Positions 39,861-54,000 of a DNA stretch of 64,000 nucleotides are shown here, piece by piece. Both the position numbers and the translations under genes were made by a program. The notes under the pieces are model-generated. The model saw only the letters and a program-made list of their open reading frames with translations, did not search any database and was not told the origin of the DNA. Position 1 is the first letter of the stretch. The number at the start of each line of letters is the position of its first letter. Source of the stretch: Eledone cirrhosa. Its lineage: Eukaryota. The stretch lies in assembly GCA_964016885.1 (NCBI GenBank), contig OZ024740.1:12772001-12836000 (forward strand), read 5' to 3'.

Positions 39861-42800
39861 ATGTCTTGTCTCTAGTCTAATGTCTCTAGTCTAATGTCTT
39901 GTCTCTAGTCTAACGTCTTGTCTCTAGTCTAATGTCTCTAGTCTAATATGTTGTCTCTAGTCTAATGTCTCTAGTCTAATATCTTGTCACTAGTCTAATG
40001 TCTCTAGTCTAATATCTTGTCTCTAGTCTAACTTCTTGTCTCTAGTCTAATGTCTCTTCTAATATCTTGTCTCTAGTCTAATGTCTCTAGTCTAATATCT
40101 TGTCACTAGTCTAATGTCTCTAGTCTAATGTCTTGACTCTAGTCTAATGTCTTGTCTCTAGTATAATGTCTCTAGTCTAATGTCTTGTCTCTAGTCTAAT
40201 ATCTTGTCTCTAGTCTAATATCTTGTCTCTAGTTTAATGTCTCTAGTCTAATGTCTTGTTTCTAGTCTAATCTCTCTAGTCTAACGTCTTGTCTCTAGTC
40301 TAATGTCTCTTCTAATATCTTGTCTCTAGTCTAATGTCTCTAGTCTAATGTCTTGTCTCTAGTCTAATGTCTTGTCTCTAGTATAATGTCTCTAGTCTAA
40401 TGTCTTGTCTCTAGTCTAATATCTTGTCTCTAGTCTAATATCTTGTCTCTAGTCTAATGTCTCTAGTCTAATGTCTTGTTTCTAGTCTAATGTCTCTAGT
40501 CTAATGTCTTGTCTCTAGTCTAATATCTTGTCTCTAGTCTAATGTCTCTAGTCTAATATCTTGTCTCTAGTCTAATGTCTCTAGTCTAATGTCTTGTCTC
40601 TAGTCTAATATCTTGTCTCTAGTCTAATGTCTCTAGTCTAATGTCTTGTCTCTAGTCTAATGTCTCTAGTCTAATGTCTTGTCTCTAGTCTAATGTCTTG
40701 TCTCTAGTCTAATGTCTTGTCTCTAGTCTAATATCTTGTCTCTAGTCTAATGTCTCTAGTCTAATGTCTTGTCTCTAGTCTAATATCTTGTCTCTAGTCT
40801 AATGTCTCTAGTCTAATGTCTTGTCTCTAGTCTAATATCTTGTCTCTAGTCTAATGTCTCTAGTCTAATGTCTTGTCTCTAGTCTAATGTCTTGTCTCTA
40901 TTCTAATGTCTTGTCTCTAGTCTAATGTCTCTAGTCTAATGTCTTGTCTCTAGTCTAACGTCTTGTCTCTAGTCTAATGTCTCTGGTCTAATGTCTCTAG
41001 TGTAATGTCTTGTCTCTAGTCTAATGTCTTGTCTCTAATCTAATGTCTTGTCTCTCGTCTAATGTCTCTAGTCTAATGTCTTGTCTCTAGTCTAATATCT
41101 TGTCTCTAGTGTAATGTCTTGTCTCTAGTCTAATGTCTCTAGTCTAATGTCTTGTTTCTAGTCTAATGTCTCTAGTCTAATGTCTTGTCTCTAGTCTAAT
41201 ATCTTGTCTCTAGTCTAATGTCTTGTCTCTAGTCTAATGTCTCTAGTCTAATGTCTTGTCTCTAGTCTAACGTCTTGTCTCTAGTCTAATGTCTCTAGTG
41301 TAATGTCTTGTCTCTAGTCTAATGTCTTGTCTCTAGTCTAACGTCTTGTCTCTAGTCTAATGTCTCTAGTCTAATATCTTGTCTCTAGTCTAATGTCTCT
41401 AGTCTAATATCTTGTCACTAGTCTAATGTCTCTAGTCTAATATCTTGTCTCTAGTCTAAGGTCTTGTCTCTAGTCTAATGTCTCTTCTAATATCTTGTCT
41501 CTAGTCTAATGTCTCTAGTCTACTGTCTTGTCTCTAGTCTAATGTCTTGTCTCTAGTATAATGTCTCTAGTCTAATGTCTTGTCTCTAGTCTAATATCTT
41601 GTCTCTAGTCTAATATCTTGTCTCTAGTCTAATGTCTCTAGTCTAATGTCTTGTTTCTAGTCTAATGTCTCTAGTCTAATGTCTTGTCTCTAGTCTAATA
41701 TTTTGTCTCTAGTCTAATGTCTTGTCTCTAGTCTAATGTCTCTAGTCTAATGTCTTGTCTCTAGTCTAATATCTTGTCTCTAGTCTAATGTCTTGTCTCT
41801 AGTCTAATGTCTCTAGTCTAATGTCTTGTTTCTAGTCTAATGTCTCTAGTCTAATGTCTTGTCTCTAGTCTCATATCTTGTCTCTAGTCTAATGTCTCTA
41901 GTCTAATGTCTTGTCTCTAGTCTAATGTCTCTAGTCTAATGTCTTGTCTCTAGTCTAATATCTTGTCTCTAGTCTAATGTCTCTAGTCTAATGTCTTGTC
42001 TCTAGTCTAATATCTTGTCTCTAGTCTAATGTCTCTAGTCTAATGTCTTGTCTCTAGTCTAATGTCTCTAGTCTAATGTCTTGTCTCTAGTCTAATATCT
42101 TGTCTCTAGACTAATATCTCTAGTCTAATGTCTTGTCTCTAGTCTAATGTCTCTAGTCTAATGTCTTGTCTCTAGTCTAATATCTTGTCTCTAGTCTAAT
42201 GTCTTGTTTCTAGTCTAATGTCTTGTTTCTAGTCTAATGTCTCTAGTCTAATGTCTTGTCTCTAGTCTAATGTCTCTAGTCTAATGTCTTGTCTCTAGTC
42301 TAACGTCTTGTCTCTAGTCTAATGTCTCTAGTGTAATGTCTTGTCTCTAGTCTAATGTCTTGTCTCTAGTCTAACGTCTTGTCTCTAGTCTAATGTCTCT
42401 AGTCTAATATCTTGTCTCTAGTCTAATGTCTCTAGTCTAATATCTTGTCACTAGTCCAATGTCTCTAGTCTAATATATTGTCTCTAGTCTAACGTCTTGT
42501 CTCTAGTCTAATGTCTCTAGTCTAATATCTTGTCTCTAGTCTAATGTCTCTAGTCTAAAATCTTGTCACTAGTCTAATGTCTCTAGTCTAATGTCTTGTC
42601 TCAGGTCTAATGTCTTGTCTCTAGACTAATGTCTTGTCTCTAGTCTAATGTCTCTAGTCTAATGTCTTGTCTCTAGTCTAATATCTTGTCTCTAGTCTAA
42701 TGTCTTGTCTCTAGTCTAATGTCTCTAGTCTAATGTCTTGTTTCTAGTCTAATGTCTCTAGTCTAATGTCTTGTCTCTAATCTAATATCTTGTCTCTAGT

Positions 42801-45800
42801 CTAATGTCTCTAGTCTAATGTCTTGTCTCTAGTCTAATGTCTCTAGTCTAATGTCTTGTCTCTAGTCTAATATCTTGTCTCTAGTCTAATGTCTCTAGTC
42901 TAATGTCTTGTCTCTAGTCTAATATCTTGTCTCTAGTCTAATGTCTCTAGTCTAATGTCTTATCTCTAGTCTAATATCTTGTCTCTAGTCTAATGTCTCT
43001 AGTCTAATGTCTCTCGTCTAATGTCTTGTCTCTAGTCTAATATTTTGTCTCTAGTCTAATGTCTCTAGTCTAATGTCTTGTCTCTAGTCTAATGTCTCTA
43101 GTCTAATGTCTTGTCTCTAGTCTAATGTCTCTAGTCTAATGTCTTGTCTCTAGTCTAATATCTTGTCTCTAGTCTAATGTCTCTAGTCTAATGTCTTGTC
43201 TCTAGTCTAATGTCTTGTCTCTAGTCTAATATCTTGTCTCTAGTCTAATGTCTTGTCTCTAGTCTAATGTCTTGTCTCTAGTCTAATATCTTGTCTCTAG
43301 TCTAATGTCTCTAGTCTAATGTCTTGTCTCTAGTCTAATGTCTTGTCTCTAGTCTAATGTCTTGTCTCTAGTCTAATGTCTTGTCTCTAGTCTAATGTCT
43401 CTAGTCTAATGTCTTGTTTCTAGTCTAATGTATCTAGTCTAATGTCTTGTCTCTAGTCTAATATCTTGTCTCTAGTCTAATGTCTCTAGTCTAATGTCTT
43501 GTCTCTAGTCTAATGTCTCTAGTCTAATGTCTTGTCTCTAGTCTAATATCTTGTCTCTAGTCTAATGTCTCTAGTCTAATGTCTTGTCTCTAGTCTAATA
43601 TCTTGTCTCTAGTCTAATGTCTCTAGTCTAATGTCTTATCTCTAGTCTAATATCTTGTCTCTAGTCTAATGTCTCTAGTCTAATGTCTCTCGTCTAATGT
43701 CTTGTCTCTAGTCTAATATTTTGTCTCTAGTCTAATGTCTCTAGTCTAATGTCTTGTCTCTAGTCTAATGTCTCTAGTCTAATGTCTTGTCTCTAGTCTA
43801 ATGTCTCTAGTCTAATGTCTTGTCTCTAGTCTAATATCTTGTCTCTAGTCTAATGTCTCTAGTCTAATGTCTTGTCTCTAGTCTAATGTCTTGTCTCTAG
43901 TCTAATATCTTGTCTCTAGTCTAATGTCTGTAGTCTAATGTCTTGTCTCTAGTCTAATATCTTGTCTCTAGTCTAATGTCTCTAGTCTAATGTCTTGTCT
44001 CTAGTCTAATGTCTTGTCTCTAGTCTAATGTCTTGTCTCTAGTCTAACGTCTTGTCTCTAGTCTAATGTCTCTGGTCTAATGTCTCTAGTGTAATGTCTT
44101 GTCTCTAGTCTAATGTCTTGTCTCTAATCTAATGTCTTGTCTCTAGTCTAATGTCTCTAGTCTAATGTCTTGTCTCTAGTCTAATATCTTGTCTCTAGTC
44201 TAATGTCTCTAGTCTAATGTCTTGTCTCTAGTCTAATATCTTGTCTCTAGTCTAATGTCTTGTCTCTAGTCTAATGTCTCTAGTCTAATGTCTTGTCTCT
44301 AGTCTAACGTCTTGTCTCTAGTCTAATGTCTCTAGTGTAATGTCTTGTCTCTAGTCTAATGTCTTGTCTCTAGTCTAACGTCTTGTCTCTAGTCTAATGT
44401 CTCTAGTCTAATATGTTGTCTCTAGTCTAATGTCTCTAGTCTAATATCTTGTCACTAGTCTAATGTCTCTAGTCTAATATCTTGTCTCTAGTCTAACGTC
44501 TTGTCTCTAGTCTAATGTCTCTTCTAATATCTTGTCTCTAGTCTAATGTCTCTAGTCTAATATCTTGTCACTAGTCTAATGTCTCTAGTCTAATGTCTTG
44601 ACTCTAGTCTAATGTCTTGTCTCTAGTATAATGTCTCTAGTCTAATGTCTTGTCTCTAGTCTAATATCTTGTCTCTAGTCTAATATCTTGTCTCTAGTTT
44701 AATGTCTCTAGTCTAATGTCTTGTTTCTAGTCTAATGTCTCTAGTCTAACGTCTTGTCTCTAGTCTAATGTCTCTTCTAATATCTTGTCTCTAGTCTAAT
44801 GTCTCTAGTCTAATGTCTTGTCTCTAGTCTAATGTCTTGTCTCTAGTATAATGTCTCTAGTCTAATGTCTTGTCTCTAGTCTAATATCTTGTCTCTAGTC
44901 TAATATCTTGTCTCTAGTCTAATGTCTCTAGTCTAATGTCTTGTTTCTAGTCTAATGTCTCTAGTCTAATGTCTTGTCTCTAGTCTAATATCTTGTCTCT
45001 AGTCTAATGTCTCTAGTCTAATGTCTTGTCTCTAGTCTAATGTCTCTAGTCTAATGTCTTGTCTCTAGTCTAATATCTTGTCTCTAGTCTAATGTCTCTA
45101 GTCTAATGTCTTGTCTCTAGTCTAATATCTTGTCTCTAGTCTAATGTCTCTAGTCTAATGTCTTGTCTCTAGTCTAATGTCTCTAGTCTAATGTCTTGTC
45201 TCTAGTCTAATGTCTTGTCTCTAGTCTAATATCTTGTCTCTAGTCTAATGTCTCTAGTCTAATGTCTTGTCTCTCGTCTAATATCTTGTCTCTAGTCTAA
45301 TGTCTCTAGTCTAATGTCTTGTCTCTAGTCTAATATCTTGTCTCTAGTCTAATGTCTCTAGTCTAATGTCTTGTCTCTAGTCTAATGTCTTGTCTCTATT
45401 CTAATGTCTTGTCTCTAGTCTAATGTCTCTAGTCTAATGTCTTGTCTCTAGTCTAACGTCTTGTCTCTAGTCTAATGTCTCTGGTCTAATGTCTCTAGTG
45501 TAATGTCTTGTCTCTAGTCTAATGTCTTGTCTCTAATCTAATGTCTTGTCTCTCGTCTAATGTCTCTAGTCTAATGTCTTGTCTCTAGTCTAATATCTTG
45601 TCTCTAGTCTAATGTCTTGTCTCTAGTCTAATGTCTCTAGTCTAATGTCTTGTTTCTAGTCTAATGTCTCTAGTCTAATGTCTTGTCTCTAGTCTAATAT
45701 CTTGTCTCTAGTCTAATGTCTTGTCTCTAGTCTAATGTCTCTAGTCTAATGTCTTGTCTCTAGTCTAACGTCTTGTCTCTAGTCTAATGTCTCTAGTGTA

Positions 45801-48000
45801 ATGTCTTGTCTCTAGTCTAATGTCTTGTCTCTAGTCTAACGTCTTGTCTCTAGTCTAATGTCTCTAGTCTAATATCTTGTCTCTAGTCTAATGTCTCTAG
45901 TCTAATATCTTGTCACTAGTCTAATGTCTCTAGTCTAATATCTTGTCTCTAGTCTAACGTCTTGTCTCTAGTCTAATGTCTCTTCTAATATCTTGTCTCT
46001 AGTCTAATGTCTCTAGTCTACTGTCTTGTCTCTAGTCTAATGTCTTGTCTCTAGTATAATGTCTCTAGTCTAATGTCTTGTCTCTAGTCTAATATCTTGT
46101 CTCTAGTCTAATATCTTGTCTCTAGTCTAATGTCTCTAGTCTAATGTCTTGTTTCTAGTCTAATGTCTCTAGTCTAATGTCTTGTCTCTAGTCTAATATT
46201 TTGTCTCTAGTCTAATGTCTTGTCTCTAGTCTAATGTCTCTAGTCTAATGTCTTGTCTCTAGTCTAATATCTTGTCTCTAGTCTAATGTCTTGTCTCTAG
46301 TCTAATGTCTCTAGTCTAATGTCTTGTTTCTAGTCTAATGTCTCTAGTCTAATGTCTTGTCTCTAGTCTCATATCTTGTCTCTAGTCTAATGTCTCTAGT
46401 CTAATGTCTTGTCTCTAGTCTAATGTCTCTAGTCTAATGTCTTGTCTCTAGTCTAATATCTTGTCTCTAGTCTAATGTCTCTAGTCTAATGTCTTGTCTC
46501 TAGTCTAATATCTTGTCTCTAGTCTAATGTCTCTAGTCTAATGTCTTGTCTCTAGTCTAATGTCTCTAGTCTAATGTCTTGTCTCTAGTCTAATATCTTG
46601 TCTCTAGTCTAATATCTCTAGTCTAATGTCTTGTCTCTAGTCTAATGTCTCTAGTCTAATGTCTTGTCTCTAGTCTAATATCTTGTCTCTAGTCTAATGT
46701 CTTGTTTCTAGTCTAATGTCTTGTTTCTAGTCTAATGTCTCTAGTCTAATGTCTTGTCTCTAGTCTAATGTCTCTAGTCTAATGTCTTGTCTCTAGTCTA
46801 ACGTCTTGTCTCTAGTCTAATGTCTCTAGTGTAATGTCTTGTCTCTAGTCTAATGTCTTGTCTCTAGTCTAACGTCTTGTCTCTAGTCTAATGTCTCTAG
46901 TCTAATATCTTGTCTCTAGTCTAATGTCTCTAGTCTAATATCTTGTCACTAGTCCAATGTCTCTAGTCTAATATATTGTCTCTAGTCTAACGTCTTGTCT
47001 CTAGTCTAATGTCTCTAGTCTAATATCTTGTCTCTAGTCTAATGTCTCTAGTCTAAAATCTTGTCACTAGTCTAATGTCTCTAGTCTAATGTCTTGTCTC
47101 TAGTCTAATGTCTTGTCTCTAGACTAATGTCTTGTCTCTAGTCTAATGTCTCTAGTCTAATGTCTTGTCTCTAGTCTAATATCTTGTCTCTAGTCTAATG
47201 TCTTGTCTCTAGTCTAATGTCTCTAGTCTAATGTCTTGTTTCTAGTCTAATGTCTCTAGTCTAATGTCTTGTCTCTAATCTAATATCTTGTCTCTAGTCT
47301 AATGTCTCTAGTCTAATGTCTTGTCTCTAGTCTAATGTCTCTAGTCTAATGTCTTGTCTCTAGTCTAATATCTTGTCTCTAGTCTAATGTCTCTAGTCTA
47401 ATGTCTTGTCTCTAGTCTAATATCTTGTCTCTAGTCTAATGTCTCTAGTCTAATGTCTTATCTCTAGTCTAATATCTTGTCTCTAGTCTAATGTCTCTAG
47501 TCTAATGTCTCTCGTCTAATGTCTTGTCTCTAGTCTAATATTTTGTCTCTAGTCTAATGTCTCTAGTCTAATGTCTTGTCTCTAGTCTAATGTCTCTAGT
47601 CTAATGTCTTGTCTCTAGTCTAATGTCTCTAGTCTAATATCTTGTCTCTAGTCTAATGTCTCTAGTCTAATGTCTTGTCTCTAGTCTAATGTCTTGTCTC
47701 TAGTCTAATATCTTGTCTCTAGTCTAATGTCTGTAGTCTAATGTCTTGTCTCTAGTCTAATATCTTGTCTCTAGTCTAATGTCTCTAGTCTAATGTCTTG
47801 TCTCTAGTCTAATATCTTGTCTCTAGTCTAATGTCTTGTCTCTAGTCTAACGTCTTGTCTCTAGTCTAATGTCTCTGGTCTAATGTCTCTAGTGTAATGT
47901 CTTGTCTCTAGTCTAATGTCTTGTCTCTAATCTAATGTCTTGTCTCTAGTCTAATGTCTCTAGTCTAATGTCTTGTCTCTAGTCTAATATCTTGTCTCTA
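39860..48000. repeat. Higher-order repeat block C: ~4.5-kb tandem duplication (offset 4465 then 4498)
   Basis: Offset 4465: ATATGTT (variant G at 39950/44415) and TTGACTC (A at 40136/44601). Offset 4498: CTATTCT (40901/45399), CTACTG (41523/46021), CTCAT (41872/46370) and GTCCAA (42454/46952). Confidence 0.88.
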
Positions 48001-51000
48001 GTCTAATGTCTCTAGTCTAATGTCTTGTTTCTAGTCTAATGTCTCTAGTCTAATGTCTTGTCTCTAGTCTAATATCTTGTCTCTAGTCTAATGTCTTGTC
48101 TCTAGTCTAACGTCTTGTCTCTAGTCTAATGTCTCTAGTGTAATGTCTTGTCTCTAGTCTAATGTCTTGTCTCTAGTCTAACGTCTTGTCTCTAGTCTAA
48201 TGTCTCTAGTCTAATATCTTGTCTCTAGTCTAATGTCTCTAGTCTAATATCTTGTCACTAGTCTAATGTTTTTAGTCTAATATCTTGTCTCTAGTCTAAC
48301 GTCTTGTCTCTAGTCTAATGTCTCTTCTAATATCTTGTCTCTAGTCTAATGTCTCTAGTCTAATATCTTGTCACTAGTCTAATGTCTCTAGTCTAATGTC
48401 TTGACTCTAGTCTAATGTCTTGTCTCTAGTATAATGTCTCTAGTCTAATGTCTTGTCTCTAGTCTAATATCTTGTCTCTAGTCTAATATCTTGTCTCTAG
48501 TTTAATGTCTCTAGTCTAATGTCTTGTTTCTAGTCTAATGTCTCTAGTCTAACGTCTTGTCTCTAGTCTAATGTCTCTTCTAATATCTTGTCTCTAGTCT
48601 AATGTCTCTAGTCTAATGTCTTGTCTCTAGTCTAATGTCTTGTCTCTAGTATAATGTCTCTAGTCTAATGTCTTGTCTCTAGTCTAATATCTTGTCTCTA
48701 GTCTAATATCTTGTCTCTAGTCTAATGTCTCTAGTCTAATGTCTTGTTTCTAGTCTAATGTCTCTAGTCTAATGTCTTGTCTCTAGTCTAATATCTTGTC
48801 TCTAGTCTAATGTCTCTAGTCTAATGTCTTGTCTCTAGTCTAATGTCTCTAGTCTAATGTCTTGTCTCTAGTCTAATATCTTGTCTCTAGTCTAATGTCT
48901 CTAGTCTAATGTCTTGTCTCTAGTCTAATATCTTGTCTCTAGTCTAATGTCTCTAGTCTAATGTCTTGTCTCTAGTCTAATGTCTCTAGTCTAATGTCTT
49001 GTCTCTAGTCTAATGTCTTGTCTCTAGTCTAATGTCTTGTCTCTAGTCTAATGTCTCTAGTCTAATGTCTTGTCTCTAGTCTAACGTCTTGTCTCTAGTC
49101 TAAAGTCTCTGGTCTAATGTCTCTAGTGTAATGTCTTGTCTCTAGTCTAATGTCTTGTCTCTAATCTAATATCTTGTCTCTAGTCTAATGTCTTGTCTCT
49201 AGTCTAATGTCTCTAGTCTAATGTCTTGTTTCTAGTCTAATGTCTCTAGTCTAATGTCTTGTCTCTAGTCTAATATCTTGTCTCTAGTCTAATGTCTTGT
49301 CTCTAGTCTAATGTCTCTAGTCTAATGTCTTGTCTCTAGTCTAACGTCTTGTCTCTAGTCTAATGTCTCTAGTGTAATGTCTTGTCTCTAGTCTAATGTC
49401 TTGTCTCTAGTCTAACGTCTTGTCTCTAGTCTAATGTCTCTAGTCTAATATCTTGTCTCTAGTCTAATGTCTCTAGTCTAATATCTTGTCACTAGTCTAA
49501 TGTCTCTAGTCTAATATCTTGTCTCTAGTCTAACGTCTTGTCTCTAGTCTAATGTCTCTTCTAATATCTTGTCTCTAGTCTAATGTCTCTAGTCTAATGT
49601 CTTGTCTCTACTCTAATGTCTTGTCTCTAGAATAAAGTCTCTAGTCTAATGTCTTGTCTCTAGTCTAATGTCTTGTCTCTAGTCTAATATCTTGTCTCTA
49701 GTCAAATGTCTCTAGTCTAATGTCTTGTCTCTAGTCTAATATCTTGTCTCTAGTCTAATGTCTCTAGTCTAATGTCTTGTCTCTAGTCTAATGTCTCTAG
49801 TCTAATGTCTTGTCTCTAGTCTAATGTCTGTAGTCTAATGTCTTGTCTCTAGTCTAATATCTTGTCTCTAGTCTAATATCTTGTCTCTAGTCTAATGTCT
49901 CTAGTCTAATGTCTTGTTTCTAGTCTAATGTCTCTAGTCTAATGTCTTGTCTCTAGTCTAATATCTTGTCTCTAGTCTAATGTCTCTAGTCTAATGTCTT
50001 GTCTCTAGTAGTCTAATGTCTCTAGTCTAATGTCTTGTCTCTAGACTAATATCTTGTCTCTAGTCTAATGTCTTGTCTCTAGTCTAATGTCTCTAGTCTA
50101 ATGTCTTGTCTCTAGTCGAACGTCTTGTCTCTAGTCTAATGTCTCTAGTGTAATGTCTTGTCTCTAGTCTAATGTCTTGTCTCTAGTCTAACGTCTTGTC
50201 TCTAGTCTAATGTCTCTAGTCTAATATCTTGTCTCTAGTCTAATGTCTCTAGTCTAATATCTTGTCACTAGTCCAATGTCTCTAGTCTAATATATTGTCT
50301 CTAGTCTAACGTCTTGTCTCTAGTCTAATGTCTCTAGTCTAATATCTTGTCTCTAATCTAATGTCTCTAGTCTAAAATCTTGTCACTAGTCTAATGTCTC
50401 TAGTCTAATGTCTTGTCTCTAGTCTAATGTCTTGTCTCTAGTCTAATGTCTTGTCTCTAGTCTAATGTCTCTAGTCTAATGTCTTGTCTCTAGTCTAATA
50501 TCTTGTCTCTAGTCTAATGTCTTGTCTCTAGTCTAATGTCTCTAGTCTAATGTCTCTAGTCTAATGTCTTGTTTCTAGTCTAATGTCTCTAGTCTAATGT
50601 CTTGTCTCTAATCTAATATCTTGTCTCTAGTCTAATGTCTCTAGTCTAATGTCTTGTCTCTAGTCTAATGTCTCTAGTCTAATGTCTTGTCTCTAGTCTA
50701 ATATCTTGTCTCTAGTCTAATGTCTCTAGTCTAATGTCTTGTCTCTAGTCTAATATCTTGTCTCTAGTCTAATGTCTCTAGTCTAATGTCTTGTCTCTAG
50801 TCTAACGTCTTGTCTCTAGTCTAATGTCTCTAGTCTAATATCTTGTCTCTAGTCTAATGTCTCTAGTCTAATATCTTGTCACTAGTCTAATGTCTCTAGT
50901 CTAATATCTTGTCTCTAGTCTAACGTCTTGTCTCTAGTCTAATGTCTCTTCTAATATCTTGTCTCTAGTCTAATGTCTCTAGTCTAATATCTTGTCACTA

Positions 51001-54000
51001 GTCTAATGTCTCTAGTCTAATGTCTTGACTCTAGTCTAATGTCTTGTCTCTAGTATAATGTCTCTAGTCTAATGTCTTGTCTCTAGTCTAATATCTTGTC
51101 TCTAGTCTAATATCTTGTCTCTAGTCTAATGTCTTGTCTCTAGTCTAATATCTTGTGTCTAGTCTAATATCTTGTCTCTAGTCTAATGTCTCTAGTCTAA
51201 TGTCTTGTTTCTAGTCTAATGTCTCTAGTCTAATGTCTTGTTTCTAGTCTAATATCTTGTCTCTAGTCTAATGTCTCTAGTCTAATGTCTTGTCTCTAGT
51301 CTAATGTCTCTAGTCTAATGTCTTGTCTCTAGTCTAATATCTTGTCTCTAGTCTAATGTCTCTAGTCTAATGTCTTGTCTCTAGTCTAATATCTTGTCTC
51401 TAGTCTAATGTCTCTAGTCTAATGTCTTGTCTCTAGTCTAATGTCTCTAGTCTAATGTCTTGTCTCTAGTCTAATGTCTTGTCTCTAGTCTAATATCTTG
51501 TCTCTAGTCTAATGTCTTGTCTCTAGTCTAATGTCTCTAGTCTAATGTCTTGTTTCTAGTCTAATGTCTCTAGTCTAATGTCTTGTCTCTACTCTAATAT
51601 CTTGTCTCTAGTCTAATGTCTTGTCTCTAGTCTAATGTCTCTAGTCTAATGTCTTGTCTCTAGTCTAACGTCTTGTCTCTAGTCTATATCTCTAGTGTAA
51701 TATCTTGACTCTAGTCTAATGTCTTGTCTCTAGTCTAACGTCTTGTCTCTCGTCTAATGTCTCTAGTCTAATATCTTGTCTCTAGTCTAATGTCTCTAAT
51801 CTAATATCTTGTCACTAGTCTAATGTCTCTAGTCTAATATCTTGTCACTAGTCTAATGTCTGATCTCTAGTCTAATGTCTTGTATCTAGTCTAATGCCTT
51901 GTCTCTAGTCTAATGTCTTGTCTCTAGTCTAACGTCTTGTCTCTAGTCTAATGTCTCTAGTCTAATATCTTGTCTCTAGTCTAATGTCTCTAGTCTAATA
52001 TCTTGTCACTAGTCTAATGTCTCTAGTCTAATATCTTGTCTCTAGTCTAACGTCTTGTCTCTAGTCTAATGTCTCTTCTAATATCTTGTCTCTAGTCTAA
52101 TGTCTCTAGTCTAATATCTTGTCACTAGTCTAATGTCTCTAGTCTAATGTCTTGACTCTAGTCTAATGTCTTGTCTCTAGTATAATGTCTCTAGTCTAAT
52201 GTCTTGTCTCTAGTCTAATATCTTGTCTCTAGTCTAATATCTTGTCTCTAGTCTAATGTCTCTAGTCTAATGTCTTGTTTCTAGTCTAATGTCTCTAGTC
52301 TAACGTCTTGTCTCTAGTCTAATGTCTCTTCTAATATCTTGTCTCTAGTCTAATGTCTCTAGTCTAATGTCTTGTCTCTAGTCTAATGTCTTGTCTCTAG
52401 TATAATGTCTCTAGTCTAATGTCTTGTCTCTAGTCTAATATCTTGTGTCTAGTCTAATATCTTGTCTCTAGTCTAATGTCTCTAGTCTAATGTCTTGTTT
52501 CTAGTCTAATGTCTCTAGTCTAATGTCTTGTTTCTAGTCTAATATCTTGTCTCTAGTCTAATGTCTCTAGTCTAATGTCTTGTCTCTAGTCTAATGTCTC
52601 TAGTCTAATGTCTTGTCTCTAGTCTAATATCTTGTCTCTAGTCTAATGTCTCTAGTCTAATGTCTTGTCTCTAGTCTAATATCTTGTCTCTAGTCTAATG
52701 TCTCTAGTCTAATGTCTTGTCTCTAGTCTAATGTCTCTAGTCTAATGTCTTGTCTCTAGTCTAATGTCTCTAGTCTAATGTCTTGTCTCTAGTCTAATGT
52801 CTTGTCTCTAGTCTAATATCTTGTCTCTAGTCTAATGTCTTGTCTCTAGTCTAATGTCTCTAGTCTAATGTCTTGTTTCTAGTCTAATGTCTCTAGTCTA
52901 ATGTCTTGTCTCTACTCTAATATCTTGTCTCTAGTCTAATGTCTTGTCTCTAGTCTAATGTCTCTAGTCTAATGTCTTGTCTCTAGTCTAACGTCTTGTC
53001 TCTAGTCTATATCTCTAGTGTAATGTCTTGACTCTAGTCTAATGTCTTGTCTCTAGTCTAACGTCTTGTCTCTCGTCTAATGTCTCTAGTCTAATATCTT
53101 GTCTCTAGTCTAATGTCTCTAATCTAATATCTTGTCACTAGTCTAATGTCTGATCTCTAGTCTAATGTCTTGTATCTAGTCTAATGTCTTGTCTCTAGTC
53201 TAATGTCTTGTCTCTAGTCTAATGTCTTGTCTCTAGTCTAATGTCTCTAGTCTAATGTCTTGTCTCTAGTCTAATGTCTTGTCTCTAGTCTAATGTCTTG
53301 TCTCTAGTCTAATGTCTCTAGTCTAATGTCTCTAGTCTAATATGTTGTCTCTAGTCTAAGACTTGTCTCTAGCCTAATGTCTTGTCTCTAATCTAATATC
53401 TTGTCTCTAGTCTAATGTCTTGTCTCTAGTCTAATGTCTTGACTCTAGTCTAATGTCTTGTCTCTAGTGTAATGTCTCTAGACTATCTAGTCTAATGTCT
53501 CTAGGCTAATGTCCTGTCTCTAGTCTAATGTCACTAGTCTAATGTCTTGTGTCTAGTCTAATGTCTCTAGTCTAATGTCTTGACTCTAGTTAAATATCTT
53601 GTCTCTAGTCTAATGACTCTAGTCTAATGTCTTGTCTCTAGTCTAATGTCTTGTCTCTAGTCTAATGTCTCTAGTCTAATGTCTTGTCTCTATTCTAATG
53701 TCTTGTCTCTAGTCTAATGTCTCTAGTCTAATGTCTTGTCTCTAGTCTAATGACTTGTCTCTAGTATAATGTCTTGTCTCTAGTCTAATGTCTCTAGTCT
53801 AATGTCTTGTCTCTAGTCTAACGTCTTGTCTCTAGTCTAATGTCTCTAGTCTAATATCTTGTCTCTAGTCTAATGTCTCTAGTCTAATATCTTGTCACTA
53901 GTCCAATGTCTCTAGTCTAATATATTGTCTCTAGTCTAACGTCTTGTCTCTAGTCTAATGTCTCTAGTCTAATATCTTGTCTCTAGTCTAATGTCTCTAG

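Noticed and set aside
49625-49640. AATAAA polyadenylation-like signal (also near 56599)
   Set aside because: It arises from substitutions within one monomer, is duplicated with the 7-kb block, and has no transcript context.
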